A DNA stretch of 64,000 nucleotides from Clostridia bacterium (GTDB lineage: Bacteria; Bacillota; Clostridia; Christensenellales; Borkfalkiaceae): assembly GCA_017399945.1 (NCBI GenBank), contig JAFQAQ010000004.1:199022-263021 (forward strand), in the 5' to 3' direction. The position numbers and the translations under genes are program-made. Below the pieces are notes generated by a model that was not told the origin of the DNA, did no database searches, and saw nothing but the letters and a program-made list of their open reading frames with translations. Numbering within the stretch: the first letter of the stretch is position 1; each line of letters starts with the position of its first letter. This document shows positions 8,146 through 16,233 of the stretch, piece after piece.

Positions 8146-8952
8146 CTATTTGTTTTTAGGGTTTTTTAATATATTTTTTATTATACCAAACTGCCAAGCG
8201 TTAGGCAATGCATTTAGTAATAATAAAAGTTTGTTTCTATTAATTTTATATGCAAATTTAGGTTTTTTCTTTTTTATTATTTTATAAACCTTTTGCGCTA
8301 TGCGTATTGGTGGAAGGCTTTTTGATTCCACGCTATCAACGATTTTTTTGAATTTTTTTGCATTACACTCATAATTAGTGGTCTTTTTGCAAAACTTTTC
8401 TAGCGCGTCGGTTGAAACGCCTAGCATACCCGTGCTTACTGCCCCTGCACGAACAACTGAAACGTTTATTCCAAGTAGTTGCAATTCCATTTTTAGCGAA
8501 TAGGCGTATTTATCCAACGCACTTTTGCTTATTGCGTAAATCCCCGTAAACGGCAATGGGTCTAACGGGGCAAGTTCGCTCGTCGTCATCAAGATTTTAC
8601 TACCCTTTTTTAGTAGGGGCATAAAGATTTTGTTGACGTAAAAAGCGCCGAATAGGTTAATAGAAAATATCTTTTGAAAGTCTTGGTCGGATATTTCTAT
8701 TAAAGAATCAAGCATATAAACGCCGGCAAAATGAATTATTACGTCTACGGTATCCGTATAATTTAACACTTGTTCATATGCGCTTTTTACACTTTCAACG
8801 TTAGTGACGTCCACTTGTATCGGAATTAGGTTATCCACACGTTCGCAAGCATTTTTATCTAACGCAAACACGGTATATCCGTTTTTCGCTAAAAGGGTTG
8901 CCGTTTGGTAACCCATACCACCACTAGCGCCCGTAATTATTGCACTTTTCAT
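8146..8952 (-). CDS. SDR family oxidoreductase
   Basis: ITGASGGMGYQTA (TGxxxGxG) and the YAISKSA (YxxxK) catalytic motif. Confidence 0.8.
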   Translation of the reverse strand: MKSAIITGASGGMGYQTATLLAKNGYTVFALDKNACERVDNLIPIQVDVTNVESVKSAYEQVLNYTDTVDVIIHFAGVYMLDSLIEISDQDFQKIFSINLFGAFYVNKIFMPLLKKGSKILMTTSELAPLDPLPFTGIYAISKSALDKYAYSLKMELQLLGINVSVVRAGAVSTGMLGVSTDALEKFCKKTTNYECNAKKFKKIVDSVESKSLPPIRIAQKVYKIIKKKKPKFAYKINRNKLLLLLNALPNAWQFGIIKNILKNPKNK

Positions 8953-9515
8953 CTTAGTTTGTTTCCGTCCGAAAAAGCACTTCCTACCCTTTCGCCTAAC
9001 GTATAATATCCGTGAGTATCACAGTCGTAACACAAAGGCTTAAACTTATTAAGGTCAATTTTACCTTTTTGGTCCAAAATACTCTCGTCGGCTAGAACGT
9101 TGACTACTTCCCCAACGCAAATTTCACTCTGAGTATCGTAACTAATCAACTTGCACTCTAACGTGAGTGGGAGTTGCTCGATAATAGGCGCGTTAACGTT
9201 GGTTGATTTTTGTATCGTCCAACCCGTTTTTTTAATTTTTTCCGTAACTTTATTTGCCGAAACTATACCCACGTAATCGGCTGGAATAAGATTGTCTTTA
9301 TCAGCCATCGCCACGGTAAATGCTTTGGTTTTAAGTAGATTTTTTACCGTTTTATGCGTTGCAGATAGGCATATCGCCACCTGATTCGTATCGCAAACCA
9401 TTCCCCAAGCAGCGTTCATTGCGTTTGGAACTCCTTGCTCGTCGTAAGTGCCCACTATCAGTACGGGCATAGGATAAATATATGCTTTTGGCGATAAATT
9501 CTTTTTCATCAACAA
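8949..9515 (-). CDS. flavin reductase-like (FMN-binding split-barrel) protein
   Basis: 188 aa. Its size and the PMPVLIVGT...NAMNAAWG pattern are typical of flavin-reductase-domain proteins. It overlaps the SDR gene by 4 nt. Confidence 0.6.
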   Translation of the reverse strand: MLMKKNLSPKAYIYPMPVLIVGTYDEQGVPNAMNAAWGMVCDTNQVAICLSATHKTVKNLLKTKAFTVAMADKDNLIPADYVGIVSANKVTEKIKKTGWTIQKSTNVNAPIIEQLPLTLECKLISYDTQSEICVGEVVNVLADESILDQKGKIDLNKFKPLCYDCDTHGYYTLGERVGSAFSDGNKLR

Positions 9516-9621
9516 TCTCCTATACGTTTATGTTTTCACATAAAGAAATTTATAAGGTTTTCCATATAAATTATACAACCTACCATATGAAAAGTCAAGA
9601 TTTGCATCTTGCACTTGTAAA

Positions 9622-9652
9622 CAAAAAAAAGACCAAGCCTTTCGGTTGGTCG
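9622..9652 (-). terminator. intrinsic terminator, near-duplicate of the tRNA-Leu terminator
   Basis: Stem GACCAA...TTGGTC with a CCTTTCGG core (9631-9651), followed on the minus strand by a U8 tract (plus A-run 9623-9630). Confidence 0.7.
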
Positions 9653-9659
9653 TTTTATT

Positions 9660-9784
9660 TGGTGTGAAGGATGGGACTTTCGCTCTGTGACGACCATACC
9701 CGCAAAACAGTCCACTGGACTGTTTTTCCGCCCTTGGCGGACACGCAAACAAGTTTGCTAGCTCCCTATTCAAGTCCCATCCAC
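9660..9784 (-). ncRNA. tRNA-Leu-3'-end-derived chimeric element (candidate ncRNA or integration/duplication scar)
   Basis: The 3' 20 nt (9660-9679) are identical to the 3' end of tRNA-Leu, including CCA. An inverted copy of the T-arm segment (9772-9782) pairs with 9669-9679 over 11 bp. Three perfect internal hairpins lie at 9704-9726, 9727-9741 and 9745-9758. The element has its own terminator copy. Confidence 0.4.
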
Positions 9785-9789
9785 AAAAC

Positions 9790-9822
9790 AAAAAAGACCA
9801 CACCTTTCGGTTGGTCTTTTTG
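9790..9822 (-). terminator. intrinsic terminator of tRNA-Leu
   Basis: Stem GACCA...TGGTC with an ACC-TTTC-GGT core (9796-9816), flanked by A and T runs. It begins 4 nt after the tRNA 3' end. Confidence 0.7.
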
Positions 9823-9825
9823 TTT

Positions 9826-9908
9826 TGGTGTGAAGGATGGGACTTGAACCCACACGGATAACCATACGCCCCTCAAACGTACGCGTCTGCCAATTCCGCC
9901 ACCCTCAC
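9826..9908 (-). tRNA. tRNA-Leu (anticodon GAG), type II with long variable arm and encoded CCA
   Basis: The reverse complement reads GTGAGGGTGGCGGAATTGGCAGACGCGTACGTTTGAGGGGCGTATGGTTATCCGTGTGGGTTCAAGTCCCATCCTTCACACCA. It folds by hand into a 7-bp acceptor stem, a D-loop with GG, an anticodon stem TACGT/GCGTA with loop TTGAGGG, a variable-arm hairpin and a GTGGG-TTCAAGT-CCCAT T-arm. Confidence 0.9.
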
Positions 9909-9919
9909 GTAGCCTTATT

Positions 9920-9948
9920 ATATTACTCAAATTTTTTATCCTTGTCAA
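9920..9948 (-). promoter_or_regulatory. promoter of tRNA-Leu (TTGACA-17-TAATAT)
   Basis: On the minus strand, TTGACA is at 9948-9943, the spacer is 17 nt and TAATAT is at 9925-9920. The -10 box ends 11 nt upstream of the mature tRNA 5' end. Confidence 0.65.
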
Positions 9949-10092
9949 GAAAAATGCCATATTATTTTTTATATTTATAAAAGTTTTTTGCATTTTTCGT
10001 TTTTTATTCTTTTGTTTTTTATCCCTTTTTATTACAACTAAAAAAGCGCATAACTCTTTAAAAGTTACACGCTTTTGTTTTTAACGTTTACG

Positions 10093-12066
10093 TTATGAAC
10101 CAATTATATGAGTATAGGTTGAATTTTGCGTTTCGTCCGCACGTTCAATCTTTATTTTTTGGGTTAGTTTTATATCCCTTGAAGATGCGCCAACCATAAT
10201 TTCATAAGTGGCGTTTTCCACGTGCCATGCGTCTAACGATACGTTATAGTATGCGAACGAACGGAAGTCTAACTTTAACGTAATTCGTTTGCTTTCGCCT
10301 GCTTTTATAAGGTCCTTTGAAAAGCCTTTTAATTCCTTTTCGGGTCTTATTACCCTTGGTAATATGTGTTTTACGTATAGCTGTGATACTTCTTTTGCGT
10401 CTACCTTTGACGTGTTGGTGATAGTGTAACTTACTTCAAAGTCGGTATCTCCAAGTTTTTTGATTTGCATATCCGAATATTCGAATTTAGCGTATGAAAG
10501 CCCGTAGCCAAATGGGAAGCCAACTTGTTTGTTATAAGTATCGTAGTAACGATAACCCACCATTAATTTTTCCGAATAGTCTTCTAAAAATCCGTTTATT
10601 TGGTTAAACTTACAAGAGGCTTGGTCTAAACTTACGGGGAAAGTTTCTGCTAGTTTTCCACTTGGGGAAACTTCGCCCGTTATTATGCTTGCTAGCGCTT
10701 GGTCAATACCCTCGCCACCGTATCCACAATAGATAAGCGAAGATACCTTGTCTATCCAATCGCCCGTTTCTATTGCCGAGCCTGCGTATACTAATAAAAT
10801 TATGTTTTTGTTGTGTTTACTTATTTCTTCTATACATTCGATTGCAAACTTGCTTATTTGTAAACTAGTTCTATCGTACGCTTCCCCTTCTGCCTCAGCA
10901 AAACAGGTGATTAAAACTGCGTCCACTTCTGCGCATTGGGTATAAATTGGGTTAAGCGTATACACGGGGTTATAACTACCGGTTGGATCTTTTTCTTGCA
11001 ATAAGTCGCAAAGTTTTATGAACTTGAAGTCCGCGCTTACGTTAGCCGAGCCCGTGCCACCTATCCTTGGAATAGGACCATCGGCAGTTACTACCATAAC
11101 TTTTTTGCCTTTTATCGGCAATAAATCGTTGTCGTTTTTAAGCATTACCACGCCTTCTTTTGCAATTTCAACTGCGTTTTGGTGGCGTTGTTCCTTAGTG
11201 TATTCTACTTTGGTGTTTTGGCTGTGACATTTATATATTAAATCGATTATATTGTTTACGCAATAATCAATCTCTTCGTCGGTTATAAGACCTTTTTCAT
11301 AGGCGTCTTTTAACTCTGGAAGCGCGCATCTATGGTATGGCATTTGCAAGTCCAAAGTAGCTTTTAAGGCTTTGTATCTATTGCCAACTGCACCCCAGTC
11401 GGACATTATAACTCCGTTGAAGCCAAACTCGTCCCTTAAAACCTTTTTAAGTAGTTTTTTGTTTTCGGATGCGTATACCCCGTTGATTAGATTATAACTA
11501 CACATAACCGTCCAAGGTTTTGCTTTTAACGCCATTTCAAAGGGGGTTAGATAAATTTCCCTTAAAGTTCTTTCGTCCACTTCGCTTGACGCCGATACTC
11601 TATAACTTTCCTTATTGTTAGCGCAAAAGTGTTTTAAGCTCGTGCCGATGCCTTTATCTTGAACGCCTTTTATGTACTCGTATGAAAGGGCGCCAGCCAA
11701 ATACGGGTCTTCTGAAAAGTATTCAAAGTTTCTTCCACATAACGGAGAGCGTTTTATGTTTACACCCGGCGCAAGGTTTATGTGCGCGCCGTGTTCCACG
11801 TATTCGTCGGCAATAGTTTTGCCGTTTAGATAAACCGTTTCTCTATTCCAACTGTTTGCTAGTTGAGAGATAGTCGGCATTGCAGTTGCGGGAATAGTTC
11901 CCGTCTTTTCACCGTTTTCGTCTAAAATTTCCATTCTTAAACCACTTGGGCCGTCGCACATAAATATTTCAGGAAGCTTGCCGTTTGCGTTTGTAAGTCT
12001 CCACATATCTCTGCCCGTTAGCAACAAGAATTTTTCTTCTAAAGTAAGGTCTTTTGCAGTTATCAT
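10093..12066 (-). CDS. glycoside hydrolase family 3 (beta-glucosidase/beta-xylosidase-like)
   Basis: 657 aa. GFNGVIMSDWGA nucleophile region, KHFCANN, and a C-terminal FN3-like domain (LKGFSKDLIKAGESKRITL). Confidence 0.85.
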   Translation of the reverse strand: MITAKDLTLEEKFLLLTGRDMWRLTNANGKLPEIFMCDGPSGLRMEILDENGEKTGTIPATAMPTISQLANSWNRETVYLNGKTIADEYVEHGAHINLAPGVNIKRSPLCGRNFEYFSEDPYLAGALSYEYIKGVQDKGIGTSLKHFCANNKESYRVSASSEVDERTLREIYLTPFEMALKAKPWTVMCSYNLINGVYASENKKLLKKVLRDEFGFNGVIMSDWGAVGNRYKALKATLDLQMPYHRCALPELKDAYEKGLITDEEIDYCVNNIIDLIYKCHSQNTKVEYTKEQRHQNAVEIAKEGVVMLKNDNDLLPIKGKKVMVVTADGPIPRIGGTGSANVSADFKFIKLCDLLQEKDPTGSYNPVYTLNPIYTQCAEVDAVLITCFAEAEGEAYDRTSLQISKFAIECIEEISKHNKNIILLVYAGSAIETGDWIDKVSSLIYCGYGGEGIDQALASIITGEVSPSGKLAETFPVSLDQASCKFNQINGFLEDYSEKLMVGYRYYDTYNKQVGFPFGYGLSYAKFEYSDMQIKKLGDTDFEVSYTITNTSKVDAKEVSQLYVKHILPRVIRPEKELKGFSKDLIKAGESKRITLKLDFRSFAYYNVSLDAWHVENATYEIMVGASSRDIKLTQKIKIERADETQNSTYTHIIGS

Positions 12067-12169
12067 AAAACCTTCTCCTTTTGTCTTTTTTTATATTGTA
12101 ACAAAAAATTTTCCCAAAATATATACCATACTATTGTATTTTATTATCGTTTTATGATATTATTGTGGT

Positions 12170-12937
12170 ATGAAAGCATATTACGAAGTTTCAAGAGAAA
12201 GAATTCAAGCGATATCCGTTCACCGTAACGTTAACCACACTTATCGTCCGCATTTTCACTCGCACGTGGAAATACTGGTGGTTAAAAAGGGAAGTTTTGA
12301 TATTCAGCATAACGGGAACGAATACCACGTTGGCGACGGACAAATTGCCTTTTTTAGTCGTTACGACATACATTCTTATAAGGACGAAAACACCGATAAA
12401 AAGGACGATGCGGTTATTATTATTCCCGCAAAAAATTCCGATTGGTTTTTTGCCGACAAAAAAGATTATCAAGTGGAAAATCCACTTATTACCGACGCTA
12501 ATTTAGTTAATCAAATTTTGGAGATTGCCGATAGAGTTCTTTTATCAGACTGCTCTAATCTAGTTAGTGACGCTGGGGTTAGGCTTATTCTTTCCCTTCT
12601 TGCCGACAAAATTTCTTTCGTTAAAAGCGAGAGAAAGGTTTCGCAAAATTTGATTAAGGAAATCTTGCAAACCATAGACGAAAATTTTAGAGAAGATATC
12701 TCTCTTCCCTGGATTGCTAAAAAACTTGGATATACCGAGGCGCACGTTTCGAGGACCTTCCATCAATACATTAGGCAAAGTATTAACGAGTACCTTAACG
12801 ATATTAGAATTGCTTTTATTAAAGAGCAATTAGAGATTGGATCAACGGATAGTATTACCGAGCTTATTTATAAATCGGGGTTTAAAAGCGTGCAAACTTA
12901 TTATAGAAACTTAAAACGATATAAATCCCAAATTTAG
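12170..12937 (+). CDS. AraC family transcriptional regulator (cupin sensor plus HTH)
   Basis: 255 aa. An N-terminal cupin-like HFHSHVEIL segment and a C-terminal AraC-type double HTH (IAKKLGYTEAHVSRTFHQ...YKSGFKSVQTYYRNLKR). It is divergent from the GH3 gene. Confidence 0.8.
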   Translation: MKAYYEVSRERIQAISVHRNVNHTYRPHFHSHVEILVVKKGSFDIQHNGNEYHVGDGQIAFFSRYDIHSYKDENTDKKDDAVIIIPAKNSDWFFADKKDYQVENPLITDANLVNQILEIADRVLLSDCSNLVSDAGVRLILSLLADKISFVKSERKVSQNLIKEILQTIDENFREDISLPWIAKKLGYTEAHVSRTFHQYIRQSINEYLNDIRIAFIKEQLEIGSTDSITELIYKSGFKSVQTYYRNLKRYKSQI

Positions 12938-13005
12938 TTTTAAAAATCCATTGATACGCACTTGCGTTTGTGTTACAATTATTCTAGTAGTAAAGGAGTT
13001 TTTTA

Positions 13006-13896
13006 ATGAAGAATTTTGACGTTTCAACCGATTCTACTTGCGATCTATATTCGACTGAAATTAAAGAGAACGATATTTACCTTCTTCCCTTGTCTTTAAC
13101 TATGGAAAAAGACGGTCAAAAAAGTGAGTTTTTAGACCAATTTACTTCACAAAACCAATATCAAGAGTTTTTTGATAATTTAAGTAAAGGCGCTGTTTGT
13201 AAAACCGAAATGAACAACGCTTACGTTCATCAAGAATATTTTGCTAGTCTTGCTAAATCGGGGGTTAATAACCTTATTCATATTACCATTAGTTACGGCA
13301 TCTCAAAAACGGTGGAAGTTGCCGCCGCCGCAGTGGCTAAGGTAAAACAAGAATACCCCGACTTTAACTGTCTTTGTATTGAAAGTAATTCTGCTACTAT
13401 CGGTCAAGCCATACTAGTTAGAATTGCTATCGATATGCGTAACCGTGGCAAAACCTTAAAGGAAACTTACGATTATATTCAATCGGTGAAAAGTAAACTT
13501 CAACATTTTATCGTGGTGGATAACATTGCATACTTAAAACGTGGGCAAAAGTATAATTCCCATTCACAAATGGCGGGAACTATGCTAAAAGTAAAGCCTA
13601 TTTTAGTGTTTAATAAAGACGGAAAGATAGTTAGATACAAGCAGTCCGCCGGTCTTAAACACGCGCTTTCTACTGCCGTTAAAGAGTTTGAAAAATACAC
13701 CGTTAATAAAGACTACCCCACCGTTTACGTTGTGCATTCAGGTAACGAAGAAATGGCTTGCTACGTTGCCGAAACCTTAAAAACGTCTTATAAACTACAA
13801 ACGGAGATTCGTTTGATGGGACCGGTTATCGGCTGTCATTTAGGTCCAAACGCCCTTGCGTTTGCCTTCCTTTCTAACGAACAACGTCCACTTTAA
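13006..13896 (+). CDS. DegV family (fatty-acid-binding) protein
   Basis: 296 aa. STDSTCDL at the N-terminus and overall DegV-like length and pattern, including IGCHLGPNALAFAF near the C-terminus. Confidence 0.75.
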   Translation: MKNFDVSTDSTCDLYSTEIKENDIYLLPLSLTMEKDGQKSEFLDQFTSQNQYQEFFDNLSKGAVCKTEMNNAYVHQEYFASLAKSGVNNLIHITISYGISKTVEVAAAAVAKVKQEYPDFNCLCIESNSATIGQAILVRIAIDMRNRGKTLKETYDYIQSVKSKLQHFIVVDNIAYLKRGQKYNSHSQMAGTMLKVKPILVFNKDGKIVRYKQSAGLKHALSTAVKEFEKYTVNKDYPTVYVVHSGNEEMACYVAETLKTSYKLQTEIRLMGPVIGCHLGPNALAFAFLSNEQRPL

Positions 13897-13922
13897 CCTA
13901 TGATTTTACACAGGAGATTTTT

Positions 13923-15056
13923 ATGAAAAACAAAATCAAGCTTTTCGACGGGCATATACACACTTGTTTTAGAGTGCCTTTAAGAGAATCCGTTTATATA
14001 TACGATAGAGAATTTGAACTTTTAAATATTAACAAGTTTTGTTTTTTGGCAGCACCCATATATACTAGAATGTGTGGTGGAGACGTCAATCTTTTAGATA
14101 ACTTAAAAGCCCTTTATTACAAGGCGACTTTTGCACCCGACGCATACGCTTTTGCTGGTCTTGAACACGATTACTCTATGCCCGTTAACGAGCGTGCCGA
14201 TTTTTATCTTAAACAAATTAAAGAGTATATGGAAGCAGGGTTCGACGGACTTAAAATGCTTGAAGGTTATCCACCATACTACAAAAAACTTGGCGTTAAG
14301 TTTATAGACGATTGCTATGCGCCGTTATGGGATTATTTAGAACAAAATTCCGTGCCCGTTTTAATGCACCTAGCACACCCCAAAATCTTTTGGGATATAA
14401 ACAAAATTCCACAAACTTGGATTGACCACGGAAATTATTACGATGATACTTTCCCTTCTTTTTACGATTTTCTAGACGATATTTTTAGCGTTTTAGATAG
14501 ACACCCTAACCTTAGACTTACGCTTGCGCATACGGGTTTTATGGGGGAAGATATTGATCTTGCGCAAAAGTTCCTTTCTTACCCTTATACTTGTTTTGAT
14601 ATTACTCCCGGTGGCGAACAAATTTTAGAGATTTGTAACGGCAAAAACCGTGATTGGTGGATTGATTTTATTAAGAAAAACCCAACTAGATTTAAGCATG
14701 GCACAGACCTTTATCAGTTTGAATACACTAACGAAAAAGATTGGCAAAAATCTATTAGTACACGCACCGAGTTAGTGGTTAACTTTTTATCTTCTAACAA
14801 ACAATTTAATTACGTTGGCACTGATTATAAGGGTATTAAACTGCCTAAAAAATTGCAAAAACTTATTTTGCACGATAATCTCTTAAAAGAATTGGGGTTA
14901 CCTAAACCTATCGATTTTAATTGGTGTAAAAATCAAATTGAAAGGTTTAAGCCGTTATTCCCCAACAGAGAAACGCTTGACGGATACGACCTTTGGTGTA
15001 TGGAACACGATTTTGAAAGTTTGAAAAAAGATGGTTATTTAACTTTCTTTGGTTAA
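13923..15056 (+). CDS. amidohydrolase-fold (TIM-barrel metal hydrolase) protein, paralog 1 of 3
   Basis: N-terminal DGHIHT (HxH), MHLAHP, LAHTGF and HGTDLY motifs. About 40% identical by eye to 15069..16169 and 17504..18637. Confidence 0.6.
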   Translation: MKNKIKLFDGHIHTCFRVPLRESVYIYDREFELLNINKFCFLAAPIYTRMCGGDVNLLDNLKALYYKATFAPDAYAFAGLEHDYSMPVNERADFYLKQIKEYMEAGFDGLKMLEGYPPYYKKLGVKFIDDCYAPLWDYLEQNSVPVLMHLAHPKIFWDINKIPQTWIDHGNYYDDTFPSFYDFLDDIFSVLDRHPNLRLTLAHTGFMGEDIDLAQKFLSYPYTCFDITPGGEQILEICNGKNRDWWIDFIKKNPTRFKHGTDLYQFEYTNEKDWQKSISTRTELVVNFLSSNKQFNYVGTDYKGIKLPKKLQKLILHDNLLKELGLPKPIDFNWCKNQIERFKPLFPNRETLDGYDLWCMEHDFESLKKDGYLTFFG

Positions 15057-15068
15057 TAAGGAGAAATT

Positions 15069-16169
15069 ATGGATAACAAACTTAAAGTTTTTGAAGGACA
15101 TTTACATTTTACGTTTAAAGTTCCCGTTAGAGAATCGGTGGAAATTTTCAAACAAGAATTTGAAGAAACGGGTACGGATAAATATTGTTTTTTATCTATT
15201 CCATCGCACGGGGCTGTGGGAAACGATATTTTGCAAAATTCAAAGGCGTTATATTATAAAGCAATGTTCTCCCCCAACGCGTACGCTTACGCTGGGTTAG
15301 AATACGATTATTCTCTATCCGAAAAGGATATGCAAGACGACCTTTTGCGTCAAGCAAAAGAATATTTATCCAACGGATTCGACGGGTTTAAGATGCTTGA
15401 AGGTATGCCAAAGTATCGCAAGTTTATCAACTTCCCACTAGACGACGCGCGTTACGATAAGTTTTACGCTTATATGGAAGAACAAGGTAAACCGATTATT
15501 ATGCACCTTGCCCACCCGAGAGTTTTTTGGGATAAAGAAAAACTTGACGAGTATTGGATAAATAGAGGTTGTTTGTACGACGAATCCTTCCCTTCTTTTG
15601 ACCATTTAATTAACGAAGCGTTTGGAATTTTGAAAAAGTTCCCTAACATCAATCTTACGCTTGCCCATTGGGGATTTTTAGTACATAACAGAGAACTTAT
15701 GTTAAAGTTTATGTCCTACCCTAACACTCGCCTTGACGTTACCCCCGGTGGCGAACAATATTTCGAGATGATTGACGACGATATCGTTTGGTGGAAATCT
15801 TTTATTGAAAAGTATGCCGATCGTATTTGTTACGGCACCGACCTTTATCAATTTGAAAAGAACGGCGTGGATAACTGGAAAACGGCTTTCCATCGTAGAC
15901 CAGATTTCGTTAGAAACTTTTTTGAAACGGACACCGAACATTTTTACGGCAACCAAAAGTTTAAAGGTATAAAACTTGACCAAAAATATCTTAAAAAAAT
16001 ATATAGAGATAATCTTCTTGAACTATTGGGTGAGCCTTCTAAAATTAACTATCAATACGTTATTGATAGAGCGAACGAGTTGCTTAAAAATGCAACCAAG
16101 GAAAGCCTTGACGAGTACGATTTAAAGTGTATTATTTGGGATATTACCGATATAATGCAAGCAAAATAA
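15069..16169 (+). CDS. amidohydrolase-fold protein, paralog 2 of 3
   Basis: EGHLHF, MHLAHP, LAHWGF and YGTDLY motifs. Tandem to paralog 1. Confidence 0.6.
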   Translation: MDNKLKVFEGHLHFTFKVPVRESVEIFKQEFEETGTDKYCFLSIPSHGAVGNDILQNSKALYYKAMFSPNAYAYAGLEYDYSLSEKDMQDDLLRQAKEYLSNGFDGFKMLEGMPKYRKFINFPLDDARYDKFYAYMEEQGKPIIMHLAHPRVFWDKEKLDEYWINRGCLYDESFPSFDHLINEAFGILKKFPNINLTLAHWGFLVHNRELMLKFMSYPNTRLDVTPGGEQYFEMIDDDIVWWKSFIEKYADRICYGTDLYQFEKNGVDNWKTAFHRRPDFVRNFFETDTEHFYGNQKFKGIKLDQKYLKKIYRDNLLELLGEPSKINYQYVIDRANELLKNATKESLDEYDLKCIIWDITDIMQAK

Positions 16170-16182
16170 ATTATAGGTAAAT

Positions 16183-16213
16183 AAAAAACCTTTGGTAATT
16201 CCAAAGGTTTTTT
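16183..16213. terminator. bidirectional intrinsic terminator between convergent genes
   Basis: AAAAAA-CCTTTGG-TAATT-CCAAAGG-TTTTTT. Confidence 0.8.
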
Positions 16214-16233
16214 GTTTTTTAGTATTAATATAA

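Noticed and set aside
9660-9784. Considered whether the chimeric element is a known RNA: a second tRNA, tRNA-Sec, tmRNA, SRP RNA, 6S RNA or RNase P RNA (it contains GAAAGTCC).
   Set aside because: No cloverleaf can be drawn: the T-stem 5' strand is missing and there is no anticodon arm. It is too short for tmRNA or RNase P. It lacks the SRP helix-8 GGAA/AGCA motifs and the tmRNA tag ORF. The GAAAGTCC match is simply part of the copied tRNA T-arm context.
9528-9993. Three track ORFs (9528..9803, 9536..9748, 9766..9993; 70-91 aa) in the gap between the flavin reductase and GH3 genes.
   Set aside because: They run through the tRNA-Leu gene, its promoter, two terminators and the hairpin element. 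They have no RBS and odd composition. The RNA features explain the region better.
15049-15300. 83-aa ORF overlapping the junction of amidohydrolase paralogs 1 and 2.
   Set aside because: It is out of frame with, and almost entirely inside, the well-supported paralog 2 (15069..16169), which has its own GGAG RBS.
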